From Mustelus asterias (Eukaryota): a stretch of DNA of 64,000 nucleotides. The stretch is from positions 496,001 through 560,000 of the forward strand of contig NW_027590163.1 of the NCBI RefSeq assembly GCF_964213995.1, in the 5' to 3' direction. The number at the start of each line of letters is the position of its first letter. Position 1 is the first letter of the stretch. Under the pieces are notes generated by a model that saw only the letters and a program-made list of their open reading frames with translations, had not been told where the DNA came from and made no database searches. A program made the position numbers and the translations under genes. Shown here in pieces: positions 46,201-59,779 of the stretch.

Positions 46201-47289
46201 TGTGAATGTGCCAAAGACTCACAAGCAGAGCGATCAGTCTCAATCACTTTTGAAAGTTACTGTTGGATCTCCACCAGTCATTCAGACAATGTGTTCCAGA
46301 TCGTCATAATTCACTGAGTAAAATAATCTCTCATCTCCATCCTGGATATTTTGCTAATTATTTTAAATCCGGGTTCTGTGGTTACCAACCATCCCCACAA
46401 TGGAAACAATTTCTCCCGATGGAGATGGAAAATGTTTTTTAAAAATCCACACCTCTATTAAATAATTCCTTAACCTTCTCAGCTTGAATAAGAACAATCC
46501 CAGCTGCTGCAGTCTCTCCACAGAACTAAAAGCTCTCATCCCTGATACTATTCTGGGAAATTTTCCCTGCACCCTCTCCAAGACCTTGACATCTTTCCCA
46601 AAGTGCGGTGCTCAGCATTGAACACAATATTTCAGCTGGGGATTAATCAGTGATTTATTAAGATTTACTATAATTGTCTTGCTTTTGTACTCCATGTCTC
46701 CATTAATAAACGGAGAACCTATTAGTTTTATATTTAAACAGCTTGATCAACTTGTCCTGTCACAGTAAAGCATTTGTTTACATCCACTCCCAAGTCACTG
46801 CATTCCTGCATTCTGTTTAAAATTGTCCCATTTAGTTTATTCTGCCTCTCCTCATTCTTCCTTCCAAAATCTATCATTGACTGAATCACTTTGGGATGCT
46901 CTAAGGGTGTGAAAGTTTCTGAATGAACACAAGAACTTTCTTTCTCTTTTACAGCTGATTTTGATTTTGTAGATTTTGCTCCAAAGGTTAAATAGGGATT
47001 GATATTCAAAGTTAATTATGTGACTGATCAGGAACAACTTTAGCTGGGAGTGAGTGAATTGAAATTTAAGTTAGTTTATTTGGTTGGCCAAAAAGATTTG
47101 AATCAGTGAATCGAGAGGAAAGATCCCAGACAGCGGTTCTTCAAGGTCCACTGCAGGCCTGACAGTTCAATCAGATCCACTCTCAGCTCAGGAGAGCTCA
47201 AAAACTCCACAGACTGTCCACAGGGGAGTTCTCCTGCTGCAGTGGGACCAACATTCCTGCCTTAACTAACACTACTATGGGTTAGTCGG

Positions 47290-47869
47290 TGTAGTAGGTA
47301 AAAAATACCTCTGAGGCTGGTATGAGTCAAAATAAAGTAGGCTTTATTCTCACAAGCTCACGGGAGCGGAAGCCAAAGTTCTCCCTGAACACAGAAAAGT
47401 GGGGATATATATACATTATGGCTCCCAGCACCAGTCACGACACAAACACTGGTCTGGTCATGAATCAAAGTCCAGTTCTCTGGCAGCTGTAGTCACGATA
47501 CAGTCTGAGGTTTCCTGCTCTTCCACGGCCCTTCCTTTGAAGTTACCGGCACAATTGTAGCTGGCCCAGCGGGAGTCCTCCTTTAAATGGCCGTTATCAT
47601 GCTCCACATCTTGTAATTGCCTTCCTTCCTCAAACCACAGACAAGCTTGTAGAAAAGGTAAGACTTTACAAACATTACATTGATATTTTGCTGTCTGTCT
47701 TTATAAGAATGAAGTTAAAGAATGAAACCATGAATAAATAACTTATATTCATGCCTGAAGCACTATAAACAAGGGGATTAGCCATAATGAAGGGTCATGC
47801 TTGTGATACATTCTAAGTACAAAGTTCAACCTTTTAGGTACAAAATACATTAACCCTTTCCCTTCTTCA
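47290..47869 (-). mobile_element. Solo LTR
   Basis: TG...CA ends, TATATA and AATAAA on the minus strand, flanks gtcgg/atcgg (5-bp TSD, one mismatch). Confidence 0.6.
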
Positions 47870-47929
47870 ATCGGTCTGACTGCTGTTTGTGGAATCTTAC
47901 TGTGTACAAACTGACTTGAGAAACAGTAA

Positions 47930-48500
47930 CAACTTGTATAAGTTGTTGGTGAGGCCACACCTGGAGTACTATGTACAGTTTTGGTCTCCTTATTTGAGAA
48001 AGGATATCCTGACACTGGAGGGGGTGCAGAGGAAGTTCATGAGGTTGATTCTGGAATTGAGAGGGTTGGCTTTTGGAGAAAGACTAAGTAGACTGGGACT
48101 ATACTCATTGGAATTCAGAAGAATGAGGGGAGATCTTATAGAAACATATAAGATTATGAAGGGAATGGATAAGATAGAAATAAGGAGGTTGTTTCCATTG
48201 GCAGGTGAAACTAGAACTAGGGGTCATGGCCTCAAAATAAGGCAGAGCAGATTTAGGACTGAGTTGAGGAGGAACTTGTGAATCTGTGGAATTCCCTGTC
48301 CACTGAAGCAGTTGAGGCTACCTCATTGAATGTTTTCAAGGCCAGATAGATAAATGTTTGAACAGTAAATGAATTAAGGGTTATGGTCAGTGGGTGGGTA
48401 AGCGGAGCTGAGTCCACAAAAAGATCAATGATCTTATTGAATGGCGGAGCAGGCTCGAGGGGCCAGATGGCCTACACCTGCTCCTAGTTCTTATGTCTTT
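47930..48500 (+). mobile_element. CR1 LINE 3' fragment
   Basis: LYKLLVRPHLEYYVQFWSPYLRKD...RMRGDLIETYKIM; tail ttcttatgtc. Confidence 0.88.
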
Positions 48501-48877
48501 ATAGAACATGTTTAATGTAATAAAACATCCCACTATGCTTCAGAGGAGTTTGAGAAAGAAAAAACGGAGTCACATGGGAAATATTTGGATAAATGGACAA
48601 AACCATGATTGGAGAGGCAGATTATAACAATCACTTTTAACCAGGAGAGAGTGTTGGAGAGGACAGAGAGCTTGAGGGAGCCTTTGAAAAGGAACTACCT
48701 TGTGTTTGTGATGTTAAAAGATTCAGACATTGGTATTTAACATAAAGCTGATTTATTTGACTTTTATCGAGAATATTAACATCTATAAGTAGGCTGGAGT
48801 TTATTATCAGCAGAAATAGACCCTGATCAGCAATGTTCATTCCTGACTTGATTAACCACAAAATCTAATCATTGTAG

Positions 48878-49837
48878 TTACTCATGAATTCGCTGGTGGG
48901 TCAGCAGGTCAGATGACTGAGTGAATCCCTTCCCACACTCGGAGCAGATGAACCGCCTCTCGCCAGAGTGAATTCGCTGGTGTCTCAGCAAGTGCGATGA
49001 GGTAGTGAATCCCTTTCCACACTTGGAGCATGTGAACGGTCTCTCCCCAGTGTGAACAAGCTGATGTGTCAGGAGGTCAGATGATCGAGTGAATCCCTTC
49101 CCACATTGGGAACAGGTGAACGGTTTCTCTTCAGTGTGGCCTCGCTGGTGTGTCAGCAGGTTGGATAACTGAGTGAATCCCTTCCCACAGTCAGAGCAGG
49201 TGAACGGCCTCTCCCCAGTGTGAACTCGCTGGTGTACAATGAGATGAGATGAATGTCTGAACCCAGTCCCACAATGAGAGCACCTGAATGGTTTCTCATC
49301 AGTGTGAACACGTTGATGGGACAACAGTTCCCTGGAACTTTTAAAACATTTCCCGCAGTCTGAACAATTAAAAGGTTTCTGGTCAGTGTGAACTTGCTGG
49401 TGAGCCAGCAGATGAGACAAATGAGGGAATTTCTTTCCACATCTGGAGCAGGTAAATGGTTTCTCCCCTGAATGACCTCGCTGGTGTGTCCGTAAGTTGG
49501 ATGACTGAGTGAATTTCTTCCCACACTCACAACAGGTGAATGGTCTCTCCCCAGTGTGAACTCGCTGGTGTATCATTAGCTGGGATAAGTGACTGAATCC
49601 TTTCCCACACTCAGAGCAGCTGATTGGTCTTTCCCCAGTGTGAGCACACTGGTGAGTTTCCAGCTCAGCTGAGGATCTGAATACTGCTGCACATTCCTCA
49701 CATTTCCAAGTCATCCCCCCGCTGTGACTGCATTCGTGCTTTGACAGATCAGATGATTGGTTGAAGCCTCGTCCACACACAGAACACGTGTATGGTTTCT
49801 CCCCACTGTGACGAATGCTTTCTCCTTCCATGTTCAA
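48878..49837 (-). CDS. C2H2 zinc-finger protein, 11 tandem fingers, intact
   Basis: [18 protein letters not shown]...HQRIHE*; acceptor tttcacag|ggttttagaagggg at about 49938. Confidence 0.9.
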   Translation of the reverse strand: MNMEGESIRHSGEKPYTCSVCGRGFNQSSDLSKHECSHSGGMTWKCEECAAVFRSSAELETHQCAHTGERPISCSECGKGFSHLSQLMIHQRVHTGERPFTCCECGKKFTQSSNLRTHQRGHSGEKPFTCSRCGKKFPHLSHLLAHQQVHTDQKPFNCSDCGKCFKSSRELLSHQRVHTDEKPFRCSHCGTGFRHSSHLIVHQRVHTGERPFTCSDCGKGFTQLSNLLTHQRGHTEEKPFTCSQCGKGFTRSSDLLTHQLVHTGERPFTCSKCGKGFTTSSHLLRHQRIHSGERRFICSECGKGFTQSSDLLTHQRIHE

Positions 49838-51920
49838 AGTCCAGTGATATTCAGGCTATGATATTAAGGGTGACTCCGTCAGATCCTGATGTGATGTTTT
49901 GTTTGAGACCAGACCGCAAATCGTCCCCTTCTAAAACCCTGTGAAATTGATTTAAAACAGAAAAAAGGGAGTGAGAGAGAACCCACAACAACACAAAGGC
50001 AGGTTGTCAAATTGAGCTGAATGAATCTGGTAATTTCTGGGGCCAGCAGGAGGAAATAGTCACCATGAAGCTGCTGGATTGTCATAAAAACCCAGTTGCT
50101 TCTCCACGCGGACATGGAGAGAATGTGCAAATTCCACATAAAGTCAAATAGAAATATTCAGAATGTCACAAAGACGAGTGAACTGTCCAATTAATCCCAT
50201 TCACCATCACTCTGCCAATTTACCTTCTGCAAGTATTTATCCAATTCCCTTTGAAAGTCACTATCAAACCTGCTTCTAGCACCTGTCAGTTTGTGCAATT
50301 CCAGATCACATCAAATCATTGTGTAAAACAATCTCCTTATCATGCCCTAAAGTTAGGCTGTCAATTATGTTAAATCTCTGTGTCCTCTGCTTACAGACCC
50401 TCCTGCTCCTGGGAAACAGTTCCTCTCCATTGACACTATCATAAATCATTTGTCATTTTAAACATCTCTATTAAATCTCCCCATCATATTCCCTGATCTA
50501 AAAACCCACGTTTTTCCTGTCCTGAAGAATCATATGGACTCAAAATGTTAACTGTTTCTCTCTGAACAGATGCTGCAGGACCTGCCGAGGTTTTCTGCTT
50601 TTCTCCCTGATTTTCCTTCCATAATCAATCAGAAACCCTTCATGATTTTGAACATCTTGATTAAATAGGAACACACAAAACCTGAGAAAGATACAGAGGA
50701 AAGGAGAGACAGAAAGACTGAGAGAAAAATTGAGAGAGATTTTAAAAAGCAGAAAGATGAGGTTGTCAAAGATAAAAGCTGAGAAACAGGAAACAAGCAA
50801 CACACAATGATATAAAATATAAGGGAGCAGGCTATCAGTTCCCGGCTATGGGGATCAGAGCGAACTCTGACTGATCCACAAACACAGCCAGTTATATCTG
50901 GGAATGGAAACTCTGAACAGAAATAATAGGCTCATTTGTAAATGTCACCGCAATGTGATCAGTGTGACTCTGCCCTGACTCTGTGGACAGATAAAGGCCG
51001 CATTGACAGATGTTCTCACCAGATTGTGGTCCCTGGATTTATTTTCTGCTCAGAAGTGAGATGTGAGGTTTGGAACCGGCAGCAGAGAAACAGGAAGTTG
51101 TGTTACCCGAGAATGAAACAGCCGGCGTCAGTTTGATGTTATCACAGTGAACAGTCTTCCTGCCTGTGAGGGTGAACTCACTCTGACAGCATCAAGAACA
51201 ACCACACAGATTGCTACTGGTCTCAGCATTACATTCACCTCCATTCCCATGTTAAACAATAAATATGCATTCTCTCTACTTTCTGACAGCGAATCTTCTA
51301 TCAGAAGCAGTGCAGGGGGTAATATGTTACCCCCTGCACTACTAGCTTTTGTTTTCCATGATAACCTTTGATGTGGCACCTTATCACATGTTTTCTGGAA
51401 TTCAATTCAGCAGATCCACAGGTTCCCTTCTATCCACACGTTACTTCTTCAAAGAACTCCAATTGGTTAAACACAATCTCATTAAACCATGCTAACTCTT
51501 CCTGATTACCTTGAGTTTTTCCAAAGTGGCCAGCTATAACCTCTTTAATGATTGATTCTAACATCTTCCCCACAACAGATGTCTATCGAACTGGCCTAAA
51601 TTTCCTGTCTTATGCCACCATCCATTCTTGAATTAGAGGGCTTATATTTGCTACTTTCCAGTCTGATGGAACTTTGGAAAATTAACACCAACAAATCTAC
51701 TGTCACTATCTCATTAACCACCTTCTTAAGATGCTAGGATGAATTCCATCGTGACCCAGAGACTTGTCAGCTGCAGCTCAGTACAGCTTCCCACGTCATT
51801 GTAATTTCTCTTAGTTCCTCTCTCCCTTCCACCTCCTGATTTACGGCTAGGACTGGCTGGTTTTGTATTTTCTATAGTGAAGACAGAAGCAAAGATTTGT
51901 TTATTTCATTGGCCATTTAT

Positions 51921-52776
51921 AGAACATAGAACATTACAGCGCAGAACAGGCCCTTCGGCCCACGATGTTGCACCGACCAGTTAAAAAAAAAACTGTGACC
52001 CTCCAACCTAAACCAATTTCTTTTCGTCCATGAACCTATCTACGGATCTCTTAAACGCCCCCAAACTAGGCGCATTTACTACTGATGCTGGCAGGGCATT
52101 CCAATCCCTCACCACCCTCTGGGTAAAGAACCTACCCCTGACATCGGTTCTATAACTACCCCCCCTCAATTTAAAGCCATGCCCCCTCGTGCTGGATTTC
52201 TCCATCAGAGGAAAAAGGCTATCACTATCCACCCTATCTAAACCTCTAATCATCTTATATGTTTCAATAAGATCCCCTCTTAGCCGCCGCCTTTCCAGCG
52301 AAAACAATCCCAAATCCCTCAGCCTCTCCTCATAGGATCTCCCCTCCATACCAGGCAACATCCTGGGAAACCTCCTCTGCACCCTCTCCAAAGCCTCCAC
52401 ATCCTTCCTGTAATGTGGGGACCAGAACTGCACACAGTACTCCAAGTGCGGCCGCACCAGAGTTGTGTACAGTTGCAACATAACGCTACGACTCCTAAAT
52501 TCAATCCCCCTACCAATAAACGCCAAGACACCATATGCCTTCTTAACAACCTTATCTACTTGATTCCCAACTTTCAGGGATCTATGCACACATACACCTA
52601 GATCCCTCTGCTCCTCCACACTATTCAAAGTCCTCCCGTTAGCCCTATACTCAACACATCTGTTATTCCTACCAAAGTGAATTACCTCACACTTCTCCGC
52701 ATTAAACTCCATCCGCCACCTCTCGGCCCAACTTTGCAACCTGTCTAAGTCTTCCTGCAAACTACGACACCCTTCC
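51921..52776 (-). mobile_element. Young 5'-truncated CR1 copy (open 250-aa ORF2 end) nested in an older CR1 (about 51320-53030)
   Basis: Uninterrupted QEDLDRLQSWAERWRMEFNAEKC...RPHLEYCVQFWSPHY...; flanking tttat on both sides. Confidence 0.9.
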
Positions 52777-53679
52777 TTTATTATCTACTATTACTCCCCA
52801 TTCTCATTTTCTTGAGAGCCAACACTCACCTTATTCCTCTTTTCCTTTTCGAATACCTATAGAAACTCTTGCTATTCATTTTTACATTAACAGCTAACTT
52901 CCTCTCATACTCTAATGTTTTTCTTCCAATTAACCTTTTAGTCATTCTCTACTGTTCTTTATATTCCAGCCAATCATCTGACCTGCCACTCACCTCTGTG
53001 TAGCTATATGCTTTTCCCTTAAGTTTGATGCTTTGAGGAAGAAGGAGACAGGGAGATGGAGAGCACGTCAAAAGGAACTATTTAAAAATAATAATAATTC
53101 ATGGGGTGTGGACATTGCTGGCAAGGCCAGCATTTTTTGCCCAATTTTTGAGATTCCCGTCTGAGCTGTAAACCTTTGGATTAAATCCCACCATCAACAA
53201 ATTATTTCCCAGCTGAATGTGAAAATTGACTCAGTCATCCCATTTACCGATAGAACAGCAGAATTACACCAGAGGAAGACCACTCAAACACTTAACGTTC
53301 GCAAAGGGATTTCCTCAGTGGTTAACACTCTATAACTTTAAAAGCTCAAAGCATTTTAACTACCCCTCTTATTGGCGAGGGATAGTTTAACTGTTCTGTC
53401 TAAGAAGGCACAAATCACTTGTTCACCCCAGCGAGTTCACATCTAAATGCAGGTGATTGTTATGTTGTCAATCACACCCAGGACAGAAATGTGCTGGAAG
53501 GCCTATGCTGCTTAGTTGCCAAATGAATTGAAGTAACACATTTGAACCTTGGCCCAATGGTACCAATCATAATCAGATCGCAAATCGTATTTTCTATTGA
53601 ACAATATGGGTTTGAATGGTGAGGTGATTACCCAACATTCTCTGCGGGTGAGACTGTGTCCTATCCACATTACTGCAAT

Positions 53680-54030
53680 TATTGCGCAAGCGCAGTACCT
53701 GGCTGTGACTGGAGCATGCGCAGGCCGGGCTGTGACTGGAGCTGCGAGGAGTCGGAAAGAAACAATGGAGTGAGGTTCAGTAATGGAGCCGCTGGGTGAC
53801 CGGGGAGGGATAGAAGCAGCGGAGTGGGCTGGGAGGCTTCATAAATACCTAGTGGATGCCCCAATTCAGATAACATGTTCCCGGTATCGCTTCAATCGGT
53901 ACAGAACAGAGTCGGAGCTGAGCGGCTCCAGGCCCGGGTTACCGGCCGCCATCTTGACAGGAACAATGTGCAGCAGGGCGCATGCGCTATGAGCCTGGAC
54001 CAGTTACCAACTCTCCCGGATTGGACTGGA
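53680..54030. promoter_or_regulatory. Bidirectional CpG-island promoter between divergent ZNFs
   Basis: gcatgcgca and gcgcatgcgc (NRF1-like), gccgccatctt (YY1-like); shares gaggcttcataa with the 38340-38940 promoter. Confidence 0.6.
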
Positions 54031-54949
54031 GTCTCCAGGAATTTTTTATTTGTCCAGGGAATGTGGGAATTGCTGACTAGGCCAGCATTTATTGTCTATC
54101 CCTAATTGTCCTTGAACTGAGTGGTTTGCTTGGCCATCTCAGGGCATTTTAAGAGTCAACCACATTGCTCTTGATATATAGTTAGACCAGACCGGGGAAG
54201 GATGGCAGATATTTTTCCTAATTCATTCACACTGTGGGTGTCCCTGGCTGGACCAGCATTCATCACCCATTCCTATTTGTCCTTGAACTAAGTTTCAGAG
54301 GACATTTTAAGAGTCAACCACATTGCTGTAGATCTGGAGTCACATATAAGCCAGACCAGGTAAGGAGAGCAGATTTCCTTCCCTCAAAGACATTAGTGAA
54401 CTAGATGGGTTTTTACAACAACGAACAATGGTTTCATGGTCATCAGCAGGCTTTTAGTTCCAGATTTTAATTATATTCAAAATTCACCATACCATAGGAT
54501 CATAGAATCCCCGCAGTGCAGAAGGAAGCCATTTGGCCCACCATCCAGCCCTATCCCTGTAACCCTGTACATTTAGCATGGCTAGTCCACCTAACCGACA
54601 CATCTTTGGACTGTGGGATTCAAACCTGCATCTCTGGAAAATTGTCTGGACATTAAAAAATATACTTTTTTGTAATTTTTTTGGAATATTTCTCTTCACT
54701 GGATATTAAAATATTGACAATAGATAAAAGTTGTTTGGTTGACCATCAATCGTCCTGTAACGTGATGAGTCTTTTTGCTTTCCAATTGGCCTAGGAAGGC
54801 AGTGTGGAATGGAGGTTGGAGGATGGGGCAACATAAAAGATGTGATAAAACCTCCAGGAATACATTTAATCACAGTTGGCGATTATGGAGTAGAGAATCT
54901 TGTGAATTTCTATTCTGGACAGACAGTGATGGTTTCTGTAAATTTACAG

Positions 54950-55145
54950 GGTGCTGGAAATGGAGAATTGACAGACGCGAAACACAAATCAAACATCACA
55001 TCGTGATCTGATGGAGTCACTTGAAAAAATCAGGACCTGGATATCAGCAGCTTCTGAATGTGGAAGGTAACAGGTTTGTCGATTCTGTCTGAGAGAGAAG
55101 ATTTCAGGTCTCAGTGTGACTGGAAAAGCCCTGAGATTCACAAAT
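54950..55145 (+). pseudogene. Orphan 5' part of a ZNF terminal exon
   Basis: aatttacag|ggtgctgg...aaacatcacatc..gatctga..gagtcac...gtgtgactggaaaagc matches the ZNF exon starts at 25442 and 40613 but is cut off before the fingers. Confidence 0.6.
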
Positions 55146-55509
55146 CCTGAAGAACTGTGCTTGGTTCTGAGCAACATACCTTAGCAAGGACAGAATGGCC
55201 TTGGAGGGAGTGTGGCACAGATTTTCCTGAGTGATATTTGAACTCCACAGGTAAAATTACAATGTGAGATTACAGGAAGTTGTTTTAGCACAGAGGAGGC
55301 CATTTGGCCCATTGAGTCCATGCCATCTGTCTAGGGCAATCCAGTCCCATTCTATCCTCATATCTTTGCAGATTTCTTTTCCTCCAATGTCTATCTAATT
55401 TCTTTTTGAAATTATTCATCATGTCCATTTCCATCCCAATCATGGGCAGCAAGTTTTGGGTCATTAGCACTCACTGTCTAAAAACACTCTTCCTCACATC
55501 TCCTGTACT

Positions 55510-56258
55510 AAAGAACAAAACAAAGAACAAAGAAAATTACAGCACAGGAACAGGCCCTTTGGCCCTCCAAGCCTGCACCACCTTGCTGCCTGACTGAATT
55601 AAAACCCCCTACCCTTCCAAGGACCATATCCCTCTATTCCCATCCTATTCATGTATTTGTCAAGACGCCCCTTAAAAGTCACTATCGTATCTGCTTCCAC
55701 TACCTCACCCAGCAGAGAGTTCCAGGCACCCACCACCCTCTGTGTAAAAAAACTTGCCTCGTACATCTCCTTTAAAACTTGCCCGTCGCACCTTAAACCT
55801 GTGCCCCTAATAATTGACTCTTCCACCCTGGGAAAAAGCTTCTGATTATCCACTGTATCCATGCCCCTCATAATCTTGTTGACTTGTATCAGGTCTCCGT
55901 CGTTCCAGTGAGAATAAGCCAAGTTTCTCCAACCCCTCCTTATAGCTAATGCCCTCCATACCAGGCAACATCCTGGTAAATCTTTTCTGTACCCTCTCCA
56001 AAGCCTCCACATCCTTCTGGTAGTGTGGTGATGAGAATTGAACACTATATTCCAAGTGTGGCCTAACTAAGGTTCTACATAGCTGCAATATTACTTGCCA
56101 ATTTTTAAACTCAATGCCCCAGCCAATGAAGACAAGCATGCCGTATGCCTTCTTGACTACCTTCTCCACCTGCATTGCCACTTTCAGTGACCTGTGTACC
56201 TGTACACCCAGATCTCTCTGCCTATCAATACTCTTCAGGGTTCTGCCATTTACTGTAA
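55510..56258 (-). mobile_element. CR1 LINE 3' fragment
   Basis: RPHLEYSVQFSSPHYQKDVEALERVQKRFTRMLPGM; tail aaagaacaaa repeats. Confidence 0.85.
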
Positions 56259-56349
56259 AGAAGCATTTGAGTTGATGTAACATTGAGATTCGTAAAATGT
56301 TGAGCAATCATGTAGACTTTGCTCACGTTTAATGAGAAAGATCCAACAG

Positions 56350-56416
56350 TGTTTCGGCCCGATTTCGAACCAGGTACCTTTCGTGTGTGAAGCGAACATG
56401 ATAACACGACAGAAGC
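56350..56416 (-). pseudogene. tRNA-Val(CAC) pseudogene
   Basis: GCTTCTGTCGTGTTATCATGTTCGCTTCACACACGAAAGGTACCTGGTTCGAAATCGGGCCGAAACA; about 6-nt deletion in the D-arm/A box relative to vertebrate tRNA-Val. Confidence 0.8.
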
Positions 56417-57242
56417 AACTGTTTACATACAAATTAGGAGCAGCAGTCGGCCACTCGGCCCCGCTCTCCCATTCAGTAAGATTGTGGCTGATCTCATTTT
56501 AATCTCAACTTCACGTTCCTGCCTACTCCCGATAACCTTCCACCTCCTTGCTTATCAAGAATCTATCCAGCTCTGCTGTAAGATATTCAAGGACTCTGCC
56601 TCAACCACCTTTGCAGGAAGAATGTTCCAAAGTCTCTCAATCCTTTGAGAAAAAAATCCTCATCTCTAATTTAGACGGGTGACCCCTTACTTTGTGGTGC
56701 CGAGTTTAAAATTCTCCCACAAGAGGAAATGTCCTTTCCACTTCCACCCTGTCAAGTCCCCTCAGGATCTTATATGGTTCAATCAAGGTTTTACCCAAAA
56801 CCTTAAATCTGTCCCCCTGGTCCTTGTACGATCAGCAAATGGAATCAGATTTTCTTTATCCACCTGATCGAAACCTGTCAGAATCTTGTGTACCTGAATC
56901 AAATCTCCCCTCAACTTCCTTTACTGGAACCATTCTGGTAAATCTCCTCTGCACCTTCTCAAGGATCTTTATATCCTTCCTGAAGAGCGGTGACCAGAGC
57001 TTTATAAATATTCAGAATAACTTCCCTGTTTATATATCAATATCACACTTTATGAAGCTCGGGATCAAATTTGCTTTGCTAATTACTCTCTTAATATGTC
57101 TTGTAGAAATACAAAATCCCTCTCCTTCACCTCTTTCTCTCTCCTCCCAGAGAGGCCAGTTGTGTTTTTGTGACAATCCGGCAGTTTTCATGGTCAATGT
57201 TTCTCAGCGCCGACCCCACAAATTCCCAGATTCATTCAGATC

Positions 57243-57909
57243 AGTTTGACAAGCTGCCTGTGTGTTTCTGTGGGCTCTCTCTCTCTCACTCCGTCTCTCC
57301 TGTTTTAAATCAGTTTTACAGGGGGTTAGAAGGGGAGAGTTTGACAAGCTGCCTGTGTGTTTCTGTGGGCTCTCTCTCACTCACTCCGTGTCTCCTGTTT
57401 TAAATCAGTTTTACAGGGGGTTAGAAGGGGAGAGTTTGACAAGCTGCCTGTGTGTTTCTGTGGGCTCTCTCTCTCTCACTCCGTGTCTCCTGTTTTAAAT
57501 CAGTTTTACAGGGTGTTAGAAGGGGAGAGTTTGACAAGCTGCCTGTGTGTTTCTGTGGGCTCTCTCTCTCTCTCACTCCATGTCTCCTGTTTTAAATCAG
57601 TTTTACAGGGTGTTAGAAGGGGAGAGTTTGACAAGCTGCCTGTGTGTTTCTGTGGGCTCTCTCTCTCTCACTCCGTCTCTCCTGTTTTAAATCAGTTTTA
57701 CAGGGTGTTAGAAGGGGAGAGTTTGACAAGCTGCCTGTGTGTTTCTGTGGGCTCTCTCTCTCTCACTCCGTGTCTCCTGTTTTAAATCAGTTTTACAGGG
57801 TGTTAGAAGGGGAGAGTTTGACAACCTGCCTGTGTGTTTCTGTGGGCTCTCTCTCTCTCACTCCGTGTCTCCTGTTTTAAATCAGTTTTACAGGGTGTTA
57901 GAAGGGGAG
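57243..57909 (+). repeat. 7 x 95-bp tandem repeat, each unit containing a 3' splice site and the first exon bases
   Basis: Units start at 57243, 57338, 57433, 57528, 57625, 57720, 57815; each has ctctctc..tgttttaaatcagttttacag|gg(t/g)gttagaagggg. Confidence 0.92.
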
Positions 57910-57968
57910 AGTTTGCCGCTGGGAAGCTGATGGAGTCGCTCAATTTATCGTAACTTTGATATCATCAG

Positions 57969-58580
57969 ATGTGGAACATGGAAGGAAAAAGCACATTTCA
58001 CAGTGGGGAGAATCCGTACACGTGTTGTGTGTGTGGACACGGCTTCAGACAATCATCTGACCTGTGGAGACACAATCGCAGTCACACTGAGGAGAAACTG
58101 TGGAAATGTGGGGACTGTGGGAAGGGATTCATTTCCCCGTCCAAGCTGGAAATGCATTGGCGCAGTCACACTGGGGAGAGGCCATTCACCTGCCCCACAT
58201 GTGGGAAGGGATTCACTCAGTCATCCTCTCTGTTCACACACCAGCGAGTTCACTCCAGCGAGAGACCATTCACCTGCTCCGAGTGTGGGAAGGGATTCAC
58301 TATTTCAGCCCACCTGCTGAGTCACCAGCAAGTTCACACTGAGGAGAGACCTTTCAGGTGTCCAGACTGTGGGAAGTGCTATAAAAGTTCTGGGGAGCTG
58401 ATGCGCCATCAACGTGTTCACACTGTGGGACTGGGTTTGTGCGATCATCTCAACTCTCTGTACACCAGCAAATTCACACTGGGGAGAGACCGTTCACCTG
58501 CTCTGAGTGTGGGAAGGGATGTACGACTACATCCCACCTGCTCAGACACCAGAGAGTTCACAAGTAACTACAGTGATTAA
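57969..58580 (+). CDS. C2H2 zinc-finger gene, 5 intact fingers then a frameshifting deletion (possible pseudogene)
   Basis: [16 protein letters not shown]...; at about 58425 the linker and the start of finger 6 are deleted (cacactg|tgggactggg); finger sequence continues out of frame. Confidence 0.75.
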   Translation: MWNMEGKSTFHSGENPYTCCVCGHGFRQSSDLWRHNRSHTEEKLWKCGDCGKGFISPSKLEMHWRSHTGERPFTCPTCGKGFTQSSSLFTHQRVHSSERPFTCSECGKGFTISAHLLSHQQVHTEERPFRCPDCGKCYKSSGELMRHQRVHTVGLGLCDHLNSLYTSKFTLGRDRSPALSVGRDVRLHPTCSDTREFTSNYSD

Positions 58581-59779
58581 ATTTTGCTGTTACTCACATT
58601 CAGGACTGAACCATCTTCATAATGTTCTGTTTATGCTGATAATAAACGCCAGCCACTTGTCGAGGCTAATATTCCGGTTAAAAAGTCAATTAAATCAGCT
58701 TTGTGTTACAAACACAGACTGTGTTGAATCTTTTTAATTTCTCTGAACATAATTCAGTTCTTATTGAATTTCTCTCCCTCCCCCCTGTCTCCTCCATCCT
58801 CACCTCTAACAACAAGTGTGAGGAGCTCATGGAGCTTCTTTGTCACTAAGATGGAGACAATCTGATCAGCTGCCTCTGCTGCTTCCCTCCCTTCCACTAG
58901 CTCACCGGCCAAACTGTCTGTAAATTTCATCCTTTCCCGAGCCCTGAACCCATCCCTTTCTCTAGTTTCTCTGTCATTTCCCCTCATGTCCTCTCAGGGC
59001 TCATCTCATCCATGAGACTCACCTCTTGCTCCATCGACCTTATTCGCACTAAATCATCCACTAAACTACTGATCTCCAACTTCCCTTTGGTCATTGACTT
59101 GGTGCCAGTACAGAGCGAGACTGCGGATAGTTGGGAACCTGTCTCGGGGGCAGGGAATTCATATGGTGTTCGTGGAAGTGGAAATGACTAGGGTTGGGAA
59201 GCATTTTCCGATCAGGGCCAGTGTGATCTCCTGGACTTGTTTCGATCGCCTCAGGGGGTCGGAGAGGAATTTCCCAGATTTTTTTTCCGCATATTGGCCC
59301 TGGGGTTTTCACTCTGGGTTTTCGCCTCTCCCTGGAGATCACATGGTCTGAAATGGCGGGGTGGGGGTGAGTTAATAGGTTGTGATGAACAAAGCATCGT
59401 AGCTGTGAGGGACAGCTCGGTGGATAGGATATTAGTATGTAGATAGGCTGGAAAATTGGGCGGGGATCCTGGATTCAGGATTCAATCCTGGACCGGGGAG
59501 CGGCGCGGGCTTGGAGGGCCGAAGGGCCTGTTCCTGTGCTGTATTGTTCTTTGTTCTTTGACTATATTAAGTTTTCACTCTTCAGGTACTGATTCTCTGT
59601 CCTTCTGCTTCTCAGAAAACAAACTCTTGACCCCACCATCCTTACAATCTATTCCCCCATCTCCAGCCTCCCTTTCCCCTCCAAACTCCCTGAACGTGCT
59701 GTCACCTCCAAAATCCCTGTCCATCCTTCCCAGAATGCCTTGTTTGAATCCCTCCACAACACTGAAACACGAGAGACAA

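Noticed and set aside
56350-56416. Functional tRNA-Val
   Set aside because: D-arm/A-box deletion and stem mismatches
57243-57909. CRISPR-like array
   Set aside because: Units are contiguous with no unique spacers, there are no cas genes, the context is vertebrate, and the unit is a duplicated splice junction
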